A stretch of DNA of 64,000 bases from Candidatus Latescibacterota bacterium (lineage in GTDB: Bacteria; Latescibacterota; CBDEFO01). The notes below the pieces were generated by a model that saw only the letters and a list, made by a program, of their open reading frames with translations, ran no database searches and was not told the DNA's origin. The position numbers were made by a program, and so were the translations under genes. This document shows positions 60,541 through 64,000 of the stretch, piece by piece. Each line of letters starts with the position of its first letter. The stretch's first letter is position 1. The stretch covers positions 1,888,001 to 1,952,000 of the forward strand of contig OZ252149.1 in assembly GCA_965248755.1 (NCBI GenBank), in the 5' to 3' direction.

Positions 60541-61485
60541 GTGGAATATCGCCAGCTTGGAGATTCAGGCTTTAATGTCTCCGTGATAGGTCTGGGATGC
60601 TGGCCTATCGCGGGGATCGGTTGGAGCGGTGTGGATGATAAAGAGTCCATCGCTGCCATTAAAAAGTCCCTGGATATGGGGATAAACTTTATAGATACCG
60701 CGTATATGTACGGCAAGAACGGCGAGTCCGAAAGGCTTGTGGGAAAGGCTATCCAGGGTAGGAGAGATGAGGTGATCATAGCCACCAAAGGCGGACTCCA
60801 CTGGGAGGATGACGAACTGTGCCACGATAGCTCCAGAGGAAGAATAAAGCGACAGGTGGAGGAGAGCCTGAAGAGGTTGAATATAGATGTTATAGATCTT
60901 TATCAAGTCCATGCGTACGATGAAAATACGCCCCTCCAGGAGACAGCGCAGACGATGGATGACCTTCTGAGAGAAGGTAAGATAAGGGCGATCGGGGTGA
61001 GCAACTATAGTGTGTCCTCTATGAAGGAGTTTGCAAAATACGCACCGCTCCATTCTCTTCAACCTCCCTACAATATGATAATGCGGGCAATTGAAGATGA
61101 GATATTGCCCCACTGTATAGCGTCGGGGATAGGGGTGTGCGTGTACTGGCCCTTCTACAAGGGGCTGTTGACGGGCAAGTATCAAAAGGGACACAGCTTT
61201 CCCAAGGGGGACAGCAGAAAGAATGACCCTGAGTTTGGGGGGAAAAGGTTTGAAAGGACCTTAGATATGCTGGACAGATTGAGAGGGATAGCAGATGAGT
61301 GCGGAAGTTCTTTAGCGGAGTTAGTGACAAATTGGACTATCCATCAGCCGGGAGTGACGCTGGCTATATGCGGGGCCACGAGACCAGATCAGGTGGAGAA
61401 AAACGCCCGTGCGGGAGATTGGAAACTGGGGGAAGACCAGATGAAAAGGATCAACGAAATTATAGGCAAGGGGGATGCAGCTTAG
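60541..61485 (+). CDS. Aldo/keto reductase
   Basis: IGLGCW, IDTAYMYG, IATKGG, IDLYQVH, IGVSN. Confidence 0.93.
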   Translation: MEYRQLGDSGFNVSVIGLGCWPIAGIGWSGVDDKESIAAIKKSLDMGINFIDTAYMYGKNGESERLVGKAIQGRRDEVIIATKGGLHWEDDELCHDSSRGRIKRQVEESLKRLNIDVIDLYQVHAYDENTPLQETAQTMDDLLREGKIRAIGVSNYSVSSMKEFAKYAPLHSLQPPYNMIMRAIEDEILPHCIASGIGVCVYWPFYKGLLTGKYQKGHSFPKGDSRKNDPEFGGKRFERTLDMLDRLRGIADECGSSLAELVTNWTIHQPGVTLAICGATRPDQVEKNARAGDWKLGEDQMKRINEIIGKGDAA

Positions 61486-61688
61486 TGATGCCCCAGGCTC
61501 CCTGATAGAATTTTAGAGACTTTTGTGACAAAGTAAACTCTGATATGGAGACTTACGATTCAAAAAATTTATAAATTTACGAAGCCTCCATATTGCATTA
61601 GGCCATTGATTTTATTATATTCAAAGTAACCTTTAGCTTTCGGTATGGTTGCTGATTGCATATACTTTGGATGAAAGGATAGATTACT

Positions 61689-62300
61689 GTGGTTGTGCAA
61701 TCGCCTGTATCAAACCAGACGAGTCTGGTGGAGATCGCCCTCTACGGCAGGGGGGGTCAAGGCGTAAAGATGTCAGGGGATATTATATCTTACGCCCTGT
61801 TCGATGAGGGGAAGAAGCTCTACAGCCAGCCGAAGTACGGAAGCGATAGGATGGGAACGCCTGTGGGATATTCCATAAAATTCGACAGGGAGGGGGAAAA
61901 GCTGAACGATCGGAGCTGGATTAAAAATCCGGGCTATCTGGTCGTGATGGATACGGTGATCTTCAGCAGTCAGGGGTTGGATCTTATAAGTTCCCTCAAG
62001 GAGGGCGGAATCCTCATAATCAACAGCAAGAAAGACCCTCTAAAATTCAGCTTTTTGGGGCCGTTCAACATAGCTACGGTAGATGCAAGCGGCGTTGCCA
62101 AGGAGCTGGGTCTTATCAAGGGGAGCGTGCCTCTTCTGAGTCCCATAATGCCGGGGGCATTCTCGAAGGTAACGGGGATGGTGAGCATGGAGAGTCTGGA
62201 AAAATCTCTTGAAAAGGTCCTCACAAAAAGCGGTCTGACCCGGCGGCTGGATCAGAACATAGAGGCCCTAAGGAGAGGCTACGAAGAGGTAAACCAGTAG
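61689..62300 (+). CDS. 2-oxoacid:acceptor oxidoreductase gamma subunit
   Basis: GRGGQG, P.YGSDRMGTPV, GG.LIINS. Confidence 0.88.
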   Translation: MVVQSPVSNQTSLVEIALYGRGGQGVKMSGDIISYALFDEGKKLYSQPKYGSDRMGTPVGYSIKFDREGEKLNDRSWIKNPGYLVVMDTVIFSSQGLDLISSLKEGGILIINSKKDPLKFSFLGPFNIATVDASGVAKELGLIKGSVPLLSPIMPGAFSKVTGMVSMESLEKSLEKVLTKSGLTRRLDQNIEALRRGYEEVNQ

Positions 62301-62378
62301 ACGGCAAACGGTAGACAGCAAAGAGTGGGGAGGCAGTGCCCTGTCTACTGTCTACTGAATTAAGGGGGTATATAGATA

Positions 62379-64000
62379 GTGGCAGGAAATAGTGGTCCTA
62401 TGCGTTTTGCTTCTACACGGAGCAGCACCGAGATTTTGACGGGAAGTCAGCGGTACGAAAAGCCGATATACGATTTTTATCTTAAGGACGCTCCGTGCCG
62501 TGAGGCGTGTCCCGCGGGACACGACATCGCTTGGGCTCTCTTTATGGTGGGTAAGGAAAGGTACGATCTGGCGTTTTCAACGTTCAAGGAGGAGAGCCCG
62601 TTTCCGTCGGTGACGGGGAGGGTGTGCTATCATCCGTGTGAGAGTGAGTGTAACAGAGGAAGATACGATCAGCCTCTTGCTATAAGCGCTTTAGAGCGGG
62701 TGTTTTCGGATTTAGGGGATAACGGGGAAGTTGAAAAGCCGGACACAAAATACAGCGAAAGGGTGGCGATCATAGGGAGCGGCCCGTCGGGTCTGACCTG
62801 TGCTTATCATCTAAGAAGGCTCGGTTATCCTATTACGGTGTTCGAGGCTGATGCGGAGCCGGGCGGTGCTCTTTTAACGGGGATTCCGGATTACAGGCTC
62901 TCCAACGATATTATAAGAGGGGAGATCGACAAGCTTTCAAGGATGGGTATTCGGTTCGAAGTGAAGACAAAGGTTGGCGAGGATGTCTCTTTTGAGCAGA
63001 TTCGCAAAGGTCATAAGGCGGTGTTCTTAGGTGTTGGACTCCCGAAGGGTCGAATGCTGGATACCCCCGGAGCGGATGGTGTCGATGTGATGACAGGCGT
63101 GGACTTCCTGTTCAAGGTAAATATAGAGGGCGGCGTAAAGATGGGCAAAAGGGTGATGGTGATAGGTGCAGGTGATGTGGCGATAGATGTTTCTCGTTCC
63201 GCTATAAGGTCGGGGGCTGAGGAGGTGACGATATGTTGTGTTGAGAAGTTGGAGGATATACCCGCCCATCCTGAGGAGGTGAAAGCCGCTATTAGTGAGG
63301 GGGTAAAGATAGAATCTTCTTTGGCTTCGACGCTTATTTCGCCGAACGGAGGCGGTCTGGATGTGAACTTTGCCGGGGTAAGATCGTTCGGAAGGCAATC
63401 AGATGGGGTCGTGAAGATCGAGATAGATGAACATACAAAGAGGACTATCAGCACGGATCAGATCATCTGCGCAATCGCTCAGCAGTCGGACCTTGGATTC
63501 CTACCTGAGGGATTGAACAACAAGGCCCAGATAAAGGTTGACATCTTCGGACGGACAAACGAGGAGGGTGTATTCTCAGGTGGCGACGTGACGGGGACTT
63601 ACAACGTGGTGAACGCCATAGGTTCGGGGAAAAGAGCTGCAATAGGGATAGATTGCTACTTGAGGGGACGGGATGTGGGCGGTCTTATGGAAAAGCTGAG
63701 GATAGGGGGACAAGGGGCACTTTCGATGAAGTCGTATATGGAGATCATAAAAGGCAAAGATCCTCAAGTAAGGTCCCAAAAGATAATCCCGATCGAAGAG
63801 ATCAATCTGGACTATTTTCCTGAAGAAGAAAAGACACATCACAAAGAGCTCTCCTTAGGCGAAAGAAAACAGAGTTTCAGAGAGGTCAACTTTGCGTTTA
63901 CTCCCGAGGAAGCTTTGCGGGAAGCACTACGGTGCTTCAACTGCGGTATGTGCAATATGTGCGGGAATTGCTACACGTTCTGTCCCGATTCTGCGGTTAT
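62379..64000 (+). CDS. GltD-like FAD/4Fe-4S oxidoreductase, truncated by the window end; not in the ORF track
   Basis: Manual translation from GTG 62379: APCREACPAGHDI, TGRVCYHPCESECNR, IIGSGPSGL, IGAGDVA, RCFNCGMCNMCGNCYTFCPD. Confidence 0.9.
   Translation, partial: MAGNSGPMRFASTRSSTEILTGSQRYEKPIYDFYLKDAPCREACPAGHDIAWALFMVGKERYDLAFSTFKEESPFPSVTGRVCYHPCESECNRGRYDQPLAISALERVFSDLGDNGEVEKPDTKYSERVAIIGSGPSGLTCAYHLRRLGYPITVFEADAEPGGALLTGIPDYRLSNDIIRGEIDKLSRMGIRFEVKTKVGEDVSFEQIRKGHKAVFLGVGLPKGRMLDTPGADGVDVMTGVDFLFKVNIEGGVKMGKRVMVIGAGDVAIDVSRSAIRSGAEEVTICCVEKLEDIPAHPEEVKAAISEGVKIESSLASTLISPNGGGLDVNFAGVRSFGRQSDGVVKIEIDEHTKRTISTDQIICAIAQQSDLGFLPEGLNNKAQIKVDIFGRTNEEGVFSGGDVTGTYNVVNAIGSGKRAAIGIDCYLRGRDVGGLMEKLRIGGQGALSMKSYMEIIKGKDPQVRSQKIIPIEEINLDYFPEEEKTHHKELSLGERKQSFREVNFAFTPEEALREALRCFNCGMCNMCGNCYTFCPDSAV

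Noticed and set aside
1..64000. tRNA, rRNA or integrase genes
   Set aside because: None recognised

Overview
Bacterial (probably uncultured, carbohydrate-enzyme-rich lineage) window with three parts. (1) 1-5.2 kb is a decayed phage/plasmid-type replication module: Prim-Pol/PriCT/D5-SF3 primase-helicase, inverted-iteron origin and frameshifted HTH excisionase-like gene. The primase is split by an IS1380-family element carrying about 1 kb of captured foreign gene fragments. (2) 5.3-35.5 kb is a co-oriented cluster of exported-protein paralogue arrays. It holds four mosaic tandem copies of a [DUF6259-like TIM-barrel + FGE-sulfatase-domain] pair, two BNR/sialidase-like paralogues, a GH127-like gene, and six N-cap/(42-aa TPR)n/C-cap genes with 5-17 shuffled, position-specifically variable repeats. 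Their signal peptides switch between a plain and a Cys-lipobox form through a compensating frameshift pair. (3) 35.8-64 kb is mostly metabolic genes, plus a broken coxG-coxM-coxS cluster and a decayed integron-cassette remnant (AbiTii-like gene, attC-like site, hicB pseudogene). All family calls are from motif recognition by eye; no searches were run.
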